64,000 nucleotides of DNA from a virus. The stretch covers positions 9,949 to 73,948 of the IMG/VR virus record IMGVR_UViG_3300009157_000002. One strand, given 5' to 3'. Shown piece by piece: positions 44,683 through 55,479 of this stretch. The position numbers and the translations under genes are program-made. Position 1 is the stretch's first letter. Every line of letters begins with the position of its first letter. A model generated the notes under the pieces. It did no database searches and was not told the DNA's origin. It saw nothing but the letters and a program-made list of their open reading frames with translations.

Positions 44683-45567
44683 ATGCTAAAAACCTCTGAG
44701 AACGGCGACACAAAGCCAAATATTGAAATTAATGGGGAGGCGATAAATGTTCCCCTGGCAAAAACAATAACGGAACAGGCTAAAGGTCCACAGGTCACAC
44801 CACCTGTTCCAAATTTAGAGCCAGAGCCTATGATTAAACTTTCACAGGTTGACGAGATGATTAATAACCGTCTGAGTGAACTTAAAAAAGAACTAACTAA
44901 AAAGTCAGGAGGAGATTTTAACGCGAAAGATCTTACTCAGGTGCTTTCAGAAGCATTATCCAGGGATCGAGGACAGAATGGATCTACAGCATTAGTCAAA
45001 GAAGAAGATATTGACATTAATGATGTGCTTGCCGAGGATGTTATTTTCTGGAGCTATGGACATACATTCGGGATTAACAGCGAAAAGCGGAACGGACATA
45101 ATGTAATACCTCCTTACGGAAGAGCGATCCATTTTACACACAGTTGGACTGATATCCGGGGAATGGGAAAAAACAAAACTGTTTTTAAAGTGAACACTTT
45201 TAAAACAAGTTCAAAAAAAGTTGCTGATTGGTTGAGAAAAAGTCCACTGTATAAAACAAGGATTTTTGAAAACATTAAATCAGTAGCCAATATTGATATG
45301 TACTTCGCACAGAAATTAACCGATGCCGCTAATACCATTTCAGGTCTTGAGCCACCACAGGTATTACAACGGGCGCAAAACGCAGGTCTTGAAATCACAT
45401 CGGATTATGATTCTATTAGAAATCAGTTGATTCAAAAAATAGCGATGGAAGAATATGAAAAATCTAAACAAATAAGCTTAGATGCTGCGGCTCCAACGGA
45501 TCTTTCGCCTGATAAGATAATAAAGCGAACAGTTAGCAAGTCTACGACTCCAGCACCTATCTATTAA
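44683..45567 (+). CDS. Hypothetical head-region protein
   Basis: 294 aa, between major capsid and ring proteins. Confidence 0.6.
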   Translation: MLKTSENGDTKPNIEINGEAINVPLAKTITEQAKGPQVTPPVPNLEPEPMIKLSQVDEMINNRLSELKKELTKKSGGDFNAKDLTQVLSEALSRDRGQNGSTALVKEEDIDINDVLAEDVIFWSYGHTFGINSEKRNGHNVIPPYGRAIHFTHSWTDIRGMGKNKTVFKVNTFKTSSKKVADWLRKSPLYKTRIFENIKSVANIDMYFAQKLTDAANTISGLEPPQVLQRAQNAGLEITSDYDSIRNQLIQKIAMEEYEKSKQISLDAAAPTDLSPDKIIKRTVSKSTTPAPIY

Positions 45568-45586
45568 AAAATCTGTGTTGTTTGTT

Positions 45587-45616
45587 AAAGACCCTCGGCT
45601 TTGTTCGGGGGTTTTT
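45587..45616 (+). terminator. Intrinsic terminator
   Basis: AAAGACCCTCGG..TCGGGGGTTTTT. Confidence 0.65.
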
Positions 45617-45636
45617 ATTAATAAATAAAAAACAAA

Positions 45637-46395
45637 TTGATAATCACAAACACTATACGCGATAAGGTAAAAGCGGATTTAGATGCTGAAGGGTCGGACT
45701 ATTATACCGACTTACAGGATTACATACCAGCTATCAACAAATCAATTGACTGGTGCGTAGCTGTAGTTAACATGGCATACGCCCAGAAAAAAATATCGGA
45801 AGAGGCTTTTGTTGATCTTACGCGTGTACGTATTTACCAGACAAATACTTTTTCAAGAATATTGTTACCCGGCGCAACGCAAACAGATACGATATGGACT
45901 ATACTTTCCGTGCTTCCGTTGCCTGTTACCTATCCAAACAATAGTATAACACCTACCGCCTCGGATGTCGAATCGTTCTTTCGTGAAGATCTTTCTTTCA
46001 GGTCATGTCCAAACACCTGTGAAAGACTTACTGTTGAAGAATGGGAACAAAATGCGAATAACCCGTTTGAGGCGGGACATAACGTAGAGATCGGAGAAAC
46101 GGCGAAGGTTTACGGATATCTGGCTCCGCAGGATTATACCAGTAGTGGTTACGTAGTACCAGGATCAGAAATAGAAATAAGACCCGCCCTATCAAAACAA
46201 TTATGTGCGATACGGTACGCAAAGGTGCCGGCACAAATAGTTACTATTTTAGATAACATTGAATTTCCGCAAAGCATGGCGGATATTATTTATTTAAAAA
46301 CACTTGCGAACATAGGAATTAAACAGGGCGATCAGAGTACCATCATCGGGAACGCTGACAAAGATTTAAAGATATTATTATCAGCATTTATGTAA
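45637..46395 (+). CDS. Tail ring/adaptor protein
   Basis: About 250 aa; IEIRP..IRYAKVP..IEFP; crAss-type ring position. Confidence 0.6.
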   Translation: MIITNTIRDKVKADLDAEGSDYYTDLQDYIPAINKSIDWCVAVVNMAYAQKKISEEAFVDLTRVRIYQTNTFSRILLPGATQTDTIWTILSVLPLPVTYPNNSITPTASDVESFFREDLSFRSCPNTCERLTVEEWEQNANNPFEAGHNVEIGETAKVYGYLAPQDYTSSGYVVPGSEIEIRPALSKQLCAIRYAKVPAQIVTILDNIEFPQSMADIIYLKTLANIGIKQGDQSTIIGNADKDLKILLSAFM

Positions 46396-46402
46396 TTAAT
46401 AC

Positions 46403-47116
46403 ATGGCAACATACCGGTATTTAGCGAATGATATTCTTAAAGAACATAAGCAAGTTAATGTAACCTCCTCATTAAAAATTGCCCAGGTGGTTTTTTGGCT
46501 CAATACCATTGCAAACAGATATCGCGGAAAGCATATTGAGAAAGGCTATTTAACAGGGGCTTACCTGAATATTTTTCCAAACATTCCCGTGCTATCTGCT
46601 ATTACAAACACTACGAAGAATATTATAAAAACCAGAAAATATTTTGTACTGCCGACTAATATCTATGATTTTAGAAATGAAAAAGCCATTGATTACATCA
46701 CGTATGAAAACTTTACTGTTGAAGGATTCCGGCGTATTAAGTTCCAGCCGACCACGCCGGACAAAGCCGAGATCCTGGAATACACCAATTACGAACGTCC
46801 AAGTCCAAGCAATCCCTATTTCTATAGAGTGCATGAGTACGTCTACTTATTGGGGGTAGAAGGTATAGCAGTCCCCAGAGTGGAGGTCGGATTATATTCT
46901 GCGCTTTTAACTAAAACAAATTTAGTAAACCTGGACGATGAAATTGATCTCGACGAGCAAAGCATATCGCAATTAAGGATTGAAGTTTTATCGTTAGGGA
47001 AATTTATGATGGTAGCCCCTACATCGGATCGCGAAAATGATGGCTCCGAAAACATTAATGCGGCACCACTGGAAAGAGCAAGAACACCACAACCACCACC
47101 TGAACAACAAGAATAG
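46403..47116 (+). CDS. Tail ring/adaptor protein
   Basis: PYFYRVHEYVYL, SDRENDG C-terminal motif. Confidence 0.6.
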   Translation: MATYRYLANDILKEHKQVNVTSSLKIAQVVFWLNTIANRYRGKHIEKGYLTGAYLNIFPNIPVLSAITNTTKNIIKTRKYFVLPTNIYDFRNEKAIDYITYENFTVEGFRRIKFQPTTPDKAEILEYTNYERPSPSNPYFYRVHEYVYLLGVEGIAVPRVEVGLYSALLTKTNLVNLDDEIDLDEQSISQLRIEVLSLGKFMMVAPTSDRENDGSENINAAPLERARTPQPPPEQQE

Positions 47117-47118
47117 CC

Positions 47119-47955
47119 ATGCAACAAGGAGCGAATGATTTTGTAAGTATCAATATTTTACTGGCAGACATACTTCGGTTCTGCAATGATGAAGATCTGC
47201 GAAGTGGATACACGAAAGGATTTTATATTTCTTCGATTCAATCTGCATTGGAGGCGCTCGCTTATGATACTTTTTTCCTGCAACTCGTTATTGATGTTCC
47301 GATGGATAACCATAAGCTCCAGGTAGAAATCCCTAACAATATTTTCAATATACGGGAATTATATCTATGGAGTGGAGAATGTTGCGGTCCTACAAATTCT
47401 GTTGCAGTCCACTATAAAAGATTATTTAATAACATGAATAGCGGAGGCATTGGATATAGCTCAAGAATAAAAGGAGGGGGCACTACTTCTGATCCAATTT
47501 ATCCGGTACATTATAACACAGACCCTATACATACCATTGATAACAATCATCCTTCGGATCCCTTGTACCCAAGGCACTACAATGGCTTTGGAGGAAGCAG
47601 TCTGAGATGGGCCAATATTCAAAATGGCATTTTAATGTTTAGTTCCGGTTGTGGTGGTTACCAGAATGTGCGGATTGTTGCCAATGGAACCGCTGGAGCA
47701 ATAGGAGATGCCCCGATCATACCACGCTATTTCAGAGAGGCAATTATTGATTATGTATGCGAACAATATTTCCGTGTGCAAATGGCAAAAGATCCAAGAA
47801 TTTTTGCACCAATGCAGCAAATGTATGAACTGCGGCTAAACGGTAAACGTGGAAACGGTACAGATGGAAGCTGGTGCACCGCAGAGAACAGAGTAAAAAC
47901 AATGGATAGCTGGGAGCGGGATGAATTGATTGAATATATGTCAAAAAAATGGTAA
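47119..47955 (+). CDS. Tail ring/adaptor protein
   Basis: FVSINILLAD N-terminus, PIIPRYFREAIIDY. Confidence 0.6.
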   Translation: MQQGANDFVSINILLADILRFCNDEDLRSGYTKGFYISSIQSALEALAYDTFFLQLVIDVPMDNHKLQVEIPNNIFNIRELYLWSGECCGPTNSVAVHYKRLFNNMNSGGIGYSSRIKGGGTTSDPIYPVHYNTDPIHTIDNNHPSDPLYPRHYNGFGGSSLRWANIQNGILMFSSGCGGYQNVRIVANGTAGAIGDAPIIPRYFREAIIDYVCEQYFRVQMAKDPRIFAPMQQMYELRLNGKRGNGTDGSWCTAENRVKTMDSWERDELIEYMSKKW

Positions 47956-47965
47956 ACGAAATAAC

Positions 47966-50900
47966 ATGCCGCAATTACAACATTTTAAGTGGTTATTAAA
48001 ACACTTCTTTCGTGGTGCAGAGCCGGATAATAACAAAGAGTTAAGCGGCGAAAAAGATAGCGGGGCTTATATTGACGCTAATAATATGCGTTATGATAAC
48101 GAGGCTGGAGAAAACTATGTCCTAAAAAAAATAAACGGGGAAGAAAACAAATATCCAAATGTAGATAATGCCTGCACAACAAATACTATGCTGCCTTTAT
48201 CTACTTCTTACAAATGTATTGGCATTGCTAAATTTTTTTCGCAGGAAGATAAACGTTATCACGAAATCGAATTTTGGGCTGATACCTTAGCCGTTGATCC
48301 ATCACTAATCAGAATAGACGGTAAGATCGTTTTAAGAAGCGTAAGATTTCCAATTGACACCGATCACCCTTTGCAGATTGCTGTTAATGATTCCTGTATA
48401 GGTGGAGAAATTTATACTGTTGATTTCCTTCATTCCCCAATGCTATTCAACCTAAAGGACTTGATGGTAAATAGCAGTATGCTTCCGGATGAGAGCGGAA
48501 ACCTGATTTGCACTCAAAAATATTTTAATGAATTTAATATTTCAGAATTTTTACTGGAACTTAATTTACCTGTGGACCATCCGGTATTTGTGCAACTTTC
48601 TACCTCCGCTCCATTTGGTGAAGATTCTACACATTTAGTATTTCTCAACCCTTCAGGAGGATTTAAGGTCGGACAAGTTCAATACGCTATTCGTTTTGTA
48701 ACCTCTCAGGGAGATAAAACAGCCTGGAGTATGGCTACTCCTTTAATAGCTATTCCTTTCCGCTTAACTACGGAAAACCCACCGTATCCCTGGGTGAGAT
48801 CAATTGGAGCGCCACCTACTACAGTAACTCCATACGGAGTTCATTTTAGATTCCGTTGTGTAAATATTTTAAATTACGATTTTATACAAGTTAAGCGGAT
48901 CAGTTATGTTACCAATAGCGCGCTTGGAACATTGGGTATTGAAGAACAGTTAGCAACCAATATTGATATTACAAATGGTCAGATTGGTATTATTGATGTA
49001 TATGACCGTGCCTCTATCGGGATCCCTTTAAGCGACAACCAGGCTATAACGGGATTAGCAGGCATTGAGACTGCAAAAGCAATCAGGTATCTTAACCAAC
49101 GGTTATTTCTGCTGAACGTAAAATACTCCACCCGCGACCTGGACAATACGGTAATATTTAAAACCATTAATGGAGAAGAAACATTTCCTGTTATCCAGAA
49201 CATTGACAAGGGTGGACATAATGATCCCTATACCCGCTCGTATTACAAATCAGAAATACGTGGAGAAAAGGCCAGTCATTCCGTAACGTTTTTTGATAAT
49301 AAAGGTATTAGCTCCTTTGCGGTTCCATTAACAACTAATTATCAATTCCCCAATAGAAGAGATGAGTTAGCTGCTGGTTCAAATTCCGAAACGTATTCGC
49401 AGGATGGAGTAGTAAAAGCTGCAAACGTAAATGGCAGTGTAACCAATACCTTTGAAGTCTTTGACCTGAGCAATGCGATCACAAAAACGGATGCGTGCTC
49501 ATTTAAAAATATTCTTAAAGATATTACTGTATTAGGTGTGCATGTGGCTGGAAAAGGAGTAGATAAAGTAAATGCCGTAGATTGTAATCCAGTATCAGCA
49601 TCACATCCCCCTAGCAACCTGTATACAACAGATTCAGTAGGATACCAGCCGTTTCGTCCAACCGGCCAGGGAGACAGCGGCACAACCAGCCATGACTATT
49701 GGATCAATACTAAAGTACGCCGCACAGGAGGCACAGATGATATTGATTATAACCCGAAAGGATTCGCGCCAACCTATTATTCAATGGGTCTTGGTATGGC
49801 CGGGGTAGATGTTAATTCATTACCGTATTGGGTACAATCATTTTCCATTAACCGTTCCAAATCTGCGAAACGAGTTTTTTGCCAGGGGCTTGGTTACTAC
49901 AAATTAGTAACGGCGACTGGTCTCTCAACCAACACCTCAAAAGTATTAGAACAAATCTGGTTTCACAGTCCGGATATTCACCAACAAGCTCTTGCATTCA
50001 TACAAACAGTGGTTGACGATGTTGCAGCCGGAGGAACCAGGTTTAAATTACAACTTGTATCACCGTTGGGATTTTTTAGCGAAGTATACAACGGGGATCT
50101 GGCAACAACAGGAGCTTCCAATCAGATAGACATGATCAACTATTGCCGGATCATTAGGGAGAACGGCGACATTAATACAGGCGATGGAGATGGTAATGTA
50201 GGTATTAATGGTGGCGACGGTTACGGATACGTAGCCTATGGCAAATGGAGAAATCCTAATAAACCAAATAATGTCCAACGGTTTGCAGAATGCGGTGATG
50301 GAAATCAGTTATTCGATATAACCTCCATTGCTTCCACGATGGTTGGAAGACAAGAGTTTTACACGATTGCAACATCCATTACGATGTTTAACCATCAGCT
50401 TGTAGGAGGCACAGCACATGATTTTGATGATGAGAACGTAAAAAAATTCCACGAGCCTGTGTACATGGTAAACATCATTGACACCCAAGCGGATATTCCA
50501 AATACCAATATTAATGATTACTTAGAGACCAGTCACTATCAAAAAATTGATGCCATTATTGGCAAAAGCAACGCATCTAAATTACAGGTGTTTCCACTGG
50601 TCGATGAACGAAGAGAAGACTGCATTCCGGATGTTGGAAACAGCGCACAAAATTGTATAGCCTTCGTTAAGTTTAATGGAAGTGTATCCGCCTGGCTCAA
50701 CGTAGTGGAAAAAAGCCCAGCACAACTTTTAGTTATTCTGAATGGAATCCAGGCGGGAACATTAACTGTTACATTTAATGGTGTTGTTTATACGATCAAA
50801 GGAGTTTACACCAGCACAAAAACTACAATCAGTATTGTACAGTCAGAATATGAAATTGTTTTTGATGCAGCTTTAAACCCCGGATTATTGTATCCGCCTT

Positions 50901-52837
50901 CCATGTTTGTGCCTTTACTCGATAGTTTTATAACAGTAAAATATGACTCTTCCATACCGATAAAAGTATTTGGGGGCGAAGGAATTATAGGAGAATCGGT
51001 ATTTGCTCCCCTGGATCTAACCAATAACGATGAGGGAACGATGGACACAACCTTTTCCATTAACATAGGCTGGCCGTATCGGGCTTTTCAAATCAACCCG
51101 CGCGTGTATATTGTTAACCGTGCAAACGGGGTAAGTAATTTTATTAACGACAATAACGAAGTAAAGCTTTTTGCTTCCTCAAGTGTTTTAGGTGGGAAAA
51201 TGAGACAGTTATTAGCAATGTACACCTGCGAAAGCAGGATAGATATGTGTTACGCCTATAACCTTGAAACGGGTTCACTAAGCCATGATATGTACTTCCC
51301 GCAAGTCCATTACATTATGCGGCCAAACCAGTGGAGTAACCCCGATAACATACAGGCACAGTATTTTGTTGATTATCCATCGGAAGAAACAATTTGGGGA
51401 AACGGAGGTTTTCGCTTTCTTCCTCAAACGCTACTTGACTATTCACACCTTCCTGAAACACAAACGGCCACCGGAAAACCGAAGATTGGGTTTAAAGAAG
51501 AAACGGATTTTTGTACACGCATTATCTGGAGCGAACTAAGACCAATCAACATTGTAAATGCACCAGGAGTAAGGTCATTTAACCCACTTAACTTTTTTGA
51601 TATTTCCGATAATACAGGGCAAATAAAATATGCCTATGATGATCGGACGGATAAGAACGGTGCCAATCTATATGCGTTTACCAATAGCGGAGTTTGTTTG
51701 TTAATGACAGACAAAAGAGTTTTACATGAACTTACAGGTTCTCAACTTGCTGCAATGGGATCGGATGAGACAAGTGTGATCCTTCAACAAATATGGATGT
51801 CGAAAGTGATTGGGATGGACGATGAAATGTGGAGAAGTGCGGCAGAACACAGTAATGTGATCTGGTGGACGAACTACGATTCAGTATATCAACTGGAAGA
51901 CGGCAAGATCACAGACATTGCCAGAGCCTCTCATTATCACAGCAAAATTTATAACGAATTTATTGATACCATTCAGCCAGGATATCAGGATGATGTGATG
52001 GCTATTTTCGACACCTTAAATAACGAATATTGGGTTGGAGGTAGAAGGCATGCCCCGCTTAAAAGAAGCTTTTCATTTGCTACAAACTTAGTTTCTGTCA
52101 AAGATATATTTATTGAGTACACTTCCCTGGTACCATTGGGAGTACTAACGGTGTTACCAGGAACACTGGTGCCAGGAGATTCTATTTATATAGAAGTTTC
52201 TTTAGCATCCGAAAGTTTCAAGATTATTTTTATTGGTCCCTCCATTTTGATCGATGCAGAGCCGGGAGACATCTGGAAGATTACACTTGGAGTTGGTAGC
52301 GTTTTTCAACCTTATCCATTTTCGGCCACCAAAGTAAATGGCAAAATGTATGTTTATTCAAACGCGGAAGACAAAAAACATTTTGTAGGAACATTCGATT
52401 ATAGCTACGACAAATTTGTTTGCGTAGATAATATTGTGCTTGGAGCAAGGCGTATGGAAACAGATACGCTTAACGAAGGATTTGTAATAAATGGGACCGA
52501 CATCTTTGGATATTCAACACAGGTTTATTCGCCAGAACAATTTAAAGATAAAGAATTTATCCGATACCGTGCCAATACCGACACCAAGCCATCGCGGGTA
52601 GAATTCTTTTATAATATGGACGAGTATCACAGCGAATCACCCATCTGTATTCTGGATACTACAGCAAACGATTTTGCCTTACGTAACCGGAACGGTTGGG
52701 AACAATATATCAATCGTGAAGATGCGGTAACAAGGAAACGCGCGCAAGGCAGATCGCTTATTGTAAAGACTATACATGACCGTCCAGAGGATTACAAAAT
52801 GATCGACGAAGGAATTCAGTTCAAGGTTATTAAATAG
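47966..52837 (+). CDS. Tail muzzle/stabilisation protein (P22 gp10/crAss muzzle-like)
   Basis: About 1620 aa, beta-rich; YIDANNMR N-terminal motif; RIIWSE..GQIK. Confidence 0.7.
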   Translation: MPQLQHFKWLLKHFFRGAEPDNNKELSGEKDSGAYIDANNMRYDNEAGENYVLKKINGEENKYPNVDNACTTNTMLPLSTSYKCIGIAKFFSQEDKRYHEIEFWADTLAVDPSLIRIDGKIVLRSVRFPIDTDHPLQIAVNDSCIGGEIYTVDFLHSPMLFNLKDLMVNSSMLPDESGNLICTQKYFNEFNISEFLLELNLPVDHPVFVQLSTSAPFGEDSTHLVFLNPSGGFKVGQVQYAIRFVTSQGDKTAWSMATPLIAIPFRLTTENPPYPWVRSIGAPPTTVTPYGVHFRFRCVNILNYDFIQVKRISYVTNSALGTLGIEEQLATNIDITNGQIGIIDVYDRASIGIPLSDNQAITGLAGIETAKAIRYLNQRLFLLNVKYSTRDLDNTVIFKTINGEETFPVIQNIDKGGHNDPYTRSYYKSEIRGEKASHSVTFFDNKGISSFAVPLTTNYQFPNRRDELAAGSNSETYSQDGVVKAANVNGSVTNTFEVFDLSNAITKTDACSFKNILKDITVLGVHVAGKGVDKVNAVDCNPVSASHPPSNLYTTDSVGYQPFRPTGQGDSGTTSHDYWINTKVRRTGGTDDIDYNPKGFAPTYYSMGLGMAGVDVNSLPYWVQSFSINRSKSAKRVFCQGLGYYKLVTATGLSTNTSKVLEQIWFHSPDIHQQALAFIQTVVDDVAAGGTRFKLQLVSPLGFFSEVYNGDLATTGASNQIDMINYCRIIRENGDINTGDGDGNVGINGGDGYGYVAYGKWRNPNKPNNVQRFAECGDGNQLFDITSIASTMVGRQEFYTIATSITMFNHQLVGGTAHDFDDENVKKFHEPVYMVNIIDTQADIPNTNINDYLETSHYQKIDAIIGKSNASKLQVFPLVDERREDCIPDVGNSAQNCIAFVKFNGSVSAWLNVVEKSPAQLLVILNGIQAGTLTVTFNGVVYTIKGVYTSTKTTISIVQSEYEIVFDAALNPGLLYPPSMFVPLLDSFITVKYDSSIPIKVFGGEGIIGESVFAPLDLTNNDEGTMDTTFSINIGWPYRAFQINPRVYIVNRANGVSNFINDNNEVKLFASSSVLGGKMRQLLAMYTCESRIDMCYAYNLETGSLSHDMYFPQVHYIMRPNQWSNPDNIQAQYFVDYPSEETIWGNGGFRFLPQTLLDYSHLPETQTATGKPKIGFKEETDFCTRIIWSELRPINIVNAPGVRSFNPLNFFDISDNTGQIKYAYDDRTDKNGANLYAFTNSGVCLLMTDKRVLHELTGSQLAAMGSDETSVILQQIWMSKVIGMDDEMWRSAAEHSNVIWWTNYDSVYQLEDGKITDIARASHYHSKIYNEFIDTIQPGYQDDVMAIFDTLNNEYWVGGRRHAPLKRSFSFATNLVSVKDIFIEYTSLVPLGVLTVLPGTLVPGDSIYIEVSLASESFKIIFIGPSILIDAEPGDIWKITLGVGSVFQPYPFSATKVNGKMYVYSNAEDKKHFVGTFDYSYDKFVCVDNIVLGARRMETDTLNEGFVINGTDIFGYSTQVYSPEQFKDKEFIRYRANTDTKPSRVEFFYNMDEYHSESPICILDTTANDFALRNRNGWEQYINREDAVTRKRAQGRSLIVKTIHDRPEDYKMIDEGIQFKVIK

Positions 52838-52868
52838 TATATTTGTTATTTAGAATGATTCTAAATAA
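52838..52868 (+). promoter_or_regulatory. TATATTTG -7 box immediately followed by 23-bp operator (copy 5)
   Basis: TATATTTG-TTATTTAGAATGATTCTAAATAA upstream of the ejection genes. Confidence 0.8.
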
Positions 52869-52906
52869 GGAAATATGGATAGCGTAGTTTTTTAATCATA
52901 CCACAA

Positions 52907-53689
52907 ATGGGAAAAATCGGATCAATAATAGGAAGTACGCTCGGTGGCGCACTGGGAACATTGGTCGCTCCTGGATTTGGTACTACTATTGGGGCATCGT
53001 TAGGCGGAGCTCTTGGTGGATCAGTTGGAAAAAATGGTGGTAGCGGTGATACTGGCGGTGGCGGCGGTGGTAGTACTACTGGTACCGGAGGAGCAAGCAG
53101 TCCTGGAGCTGGTATAGCTGGTGGCGCACTTGGCGCACTCCAATTAATACAAGGAATGGCTCAACAACGGAAAGCCAATAAGCTAAGGCCGGGATTGGAA
53201 GATCCGGAACAACGGATGTTTCTTAACGAAATAAACCAACGCAGAAAAGCGATGCGAAGTGGCAGTGCTTATACAGAAGATTTAAGACTGCTTGGAGGCC
53301 AGCAAGCTTCCACAAATCAGGGACTAGTTAGTGCAGGTGGCGGAGCTGGAGGCGCAACGATAAACGCATTACTTAAATCGCAAAGAGGAACAGGTGCCGC
53401 TTATGGTGGCATACTGGCAAACGCAGAAAAAACAGCAAGCGCCTACGATTCCATGTATGAAGGAGTGTTGGAGAAAGTAGCAAGCCGAAAGCTGGATCTG
53501 CAAACCTTTGAATATAATCGGGCTTTAGCAAACGCAGCTAAAAACAAACAAGCCGGAGAATCTAATATACTTGCAGCACTCGCCAGACAGGGGCCGATAA
53601 CAATGCCTGGGGCACAAAACAATACGCAGGAAGTACCAGATGAAAATGCTCCAGATGAAGGAATAATACAATATGGTGATTCTGGTTAA
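52907..53689 (+). CDS. Ejection/internal virion protein (Gly-zipper)
   Basis: GxxxG-rich hydrophobic N-terminus, A/Q-rich helices. Confidence 0.7.
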   Translation: MGKIGSIIGSTLGGALGTLVAPGFGTTIGASLGGALGGSVGKNGGSGDTGGGGGGSTTGTGGASSPGAGIAGGALGALQLIQGMAQQRKANKLRPGLEDPEQRMFLNEINQRRKAMRSGSAYTEDLRLLGGQQASTNQGLVSAGGGAGGATINALLKSQRGTGAAYGGILANAEKTASAYDSMYEGVLEKVASRKLDLQTFEYNRALANAAKNKQAGESNILAALARQGPITMPGAQNNTQEVPDENAPDEGIIQYGDSG

Positions 53690-53709
53690 CAGTAATTGCA
53701 ACAACTACA

Positions 53710-55479
53710 ATGACAGAAGAGATCTATGACAACCCGGACGCGCCGGAAGAAAGAAGCCTTGAGGAAGAGCAAGCCGCTGAAGCTGAAAGACTAGCTAATC
53801 AGCCTATTGTTACAGCCGGAGGTGTGGTTTTGCCTACACGGACCAACCGAAGTACTCCTATTGCTTCATTGATCGGAAAAAAAGATTTTGGAATAGAGCC
53901 TCTGGGCTTAAAAGATTACTATCCTACTGCCGGAGATCCGATACTGGTAGGACATTCGGCAGGAAGATATATAGGAAATCAGCCGATATATTCCGGTGCA
54001 GGAGCTTTGTATCCGTATGCTATTGTAGATGCCAGAAGAAGGGCTCTTGAACAGGCTGCCATGCTGAGTAAATTACAGGAGGAACAGGCAAGGAATGTAA
54101 AGCATGAACCTATGCCAAGTCTTACCGCTACCAAATCGGGGTTCCATGAAATTTCAATGTATAGAGCTCAAAATGAGATTAAAAAAATAAAGGCTAAATA
54201 CCCAAATGAAGCGGCTTTTTGGAAGGATTATGATGCAAGGGGAGATTCCTATTTTGAGATACAAATGGTAGCAAAGAATACAGAATCTTTTAAGCAAGGC
54301 GTGGATCAAATTTTTGTTATGAGCGATAGAATGCAAGCGGCGGAGAAGGATGGAAAATTTGTTCCAAAAGAATATCGGAATGAGTTAAACAAAATAACCC
54401 GGCAAGGCGCTGATGTAGCAGATCCGGAAATGATGTCAAAACTTACTAAATTATTTGGCCAACCTATTACCGAAAATATGGAAATTCCTATAAAGGATGC
54501 TATAGAAAATCTCTCCAAAAGAGTAGAAGAAAAATATGCAGACATTGCCAAGATAGCAAATAGAGGAGGTATGTCTGAGACAAACATAGCAGGCTTGCGA
54601 TTAAAAGAAGAGAAATCAATTTATAACGAACAAAACATAGCGGCGGAGGCAGAGAGAATTTTAGAAAACCATAAAGCAGGTGCGATCAATCAATATACAA
54701 CCCGTGAGGAAAGAGAAAAATATGAAGACGACGAACCTAAATTAATAGCCATTGCAAAAGAGGAGCTAATAAAAACGATCACCAAAACTACTCCGGTTAA
54801 ATTTAAAGAACAAATAGAAGGTTCGGTGGATAAATTACAAACAGCATATAGTTCCGGATCGGGAGAAAATTCGTATGCTAAAATGCAGGTCGCGGATGCC
54901 CCCGCCGTTTTTTTACCAAAAGAAATATCAACAAGAGAGGCACTGGGACTTGACAATGTAACTAAAGGAAAACAAGACTTTGTGGTTGATATTACATACC
55001 TGAATCCAAAGGGTATCAATCCGGAGATAGAACTACCAGCAGGAGATATTTATTCGATAGAAGAAAATGAACTTGGAAATACAGTTATTGATAAGCTGGA
55101 ACCGTTACAGGGAGTAAATTATTTTAAACCGAACCGTTTCAGAAATATTGACGGTAAACTTTTTCTTGAGGTTACTAAGAAAACAATTGAAACGGAATAT
55201 GATCCATTGACAGGACAGATTAAAACTCCTGTTGAAAGCAAATACCTAATGCCAGCTACTCCTGAGATTAAAAACAAATTGGATACCGAATTCGGAATTA
55301 GTGTTGATAAGATTATTGATTCCTATAAAAAAACAGGTGAGAAAAAAACAGAAAAATCAGGAACCAAAAAAACAAGTGTAAAGACTATTAAAAATCTGGT
55401 CGGTAAGCCAGGATATGAAGGCTATACAGAAAAAGAACTGATCGAACACTACAAAAAAGATGGGTATCAAATAGAATAA
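53710..55479 (+). CDS. Ejection/internal virion protein
   Basis: 589 aa, helical, between the Gly-zipper and giant proteins. Confidence 0.6.
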   Translation: MTEEIYDNPDAPEERSLEEEQAAEAERLANQPIVTAGGVVLPTRTNRSTPIASLIGKKDFGIEPLGLKDYYPTAGDPILVGHSAGRYIGNQPIYSGAGALYPYAIVDARRRALEQAAMLSKLQEEQARNVKHEPMPSLTATKSGFHEISMYRAQNEIKKIKAKYPNEAAFWKDYDARGDSYFEIQMVAKNTESFKQGVDQIFVMSDRMQAAEKDGKFVPKEYRNELNKITRQGADVADPEMMSKLTKLFGQPITENMEIPIKDAIENLSKRVEEKYADIAKIANRGGMSETNIAGLRLKEEKSIYNEQNIAAEAERILENHKAGAINQYTTREEREKYEDDEPKLIAIAKEELIKTITKTTPVKFKEQIEGSVDKLQTAYSSGSGENSYAKMQVADAPAVFLPKEISTREALGLDNVTKGKQDFVVDITYLNPKGINPEIELPAGDIYSIEENELGNTVIDKLEPLQGVNYFKPNRFRNIDGKLFLEVTKKTIETEYDPLTGQIKTPVESKYLMPATPEIKNKLDTEFGISVDKIIDSYKKTGEKKTEKSGTKKTSVKTIKNLVGKPGYEGYTEKELIEHYKKDGYQIE

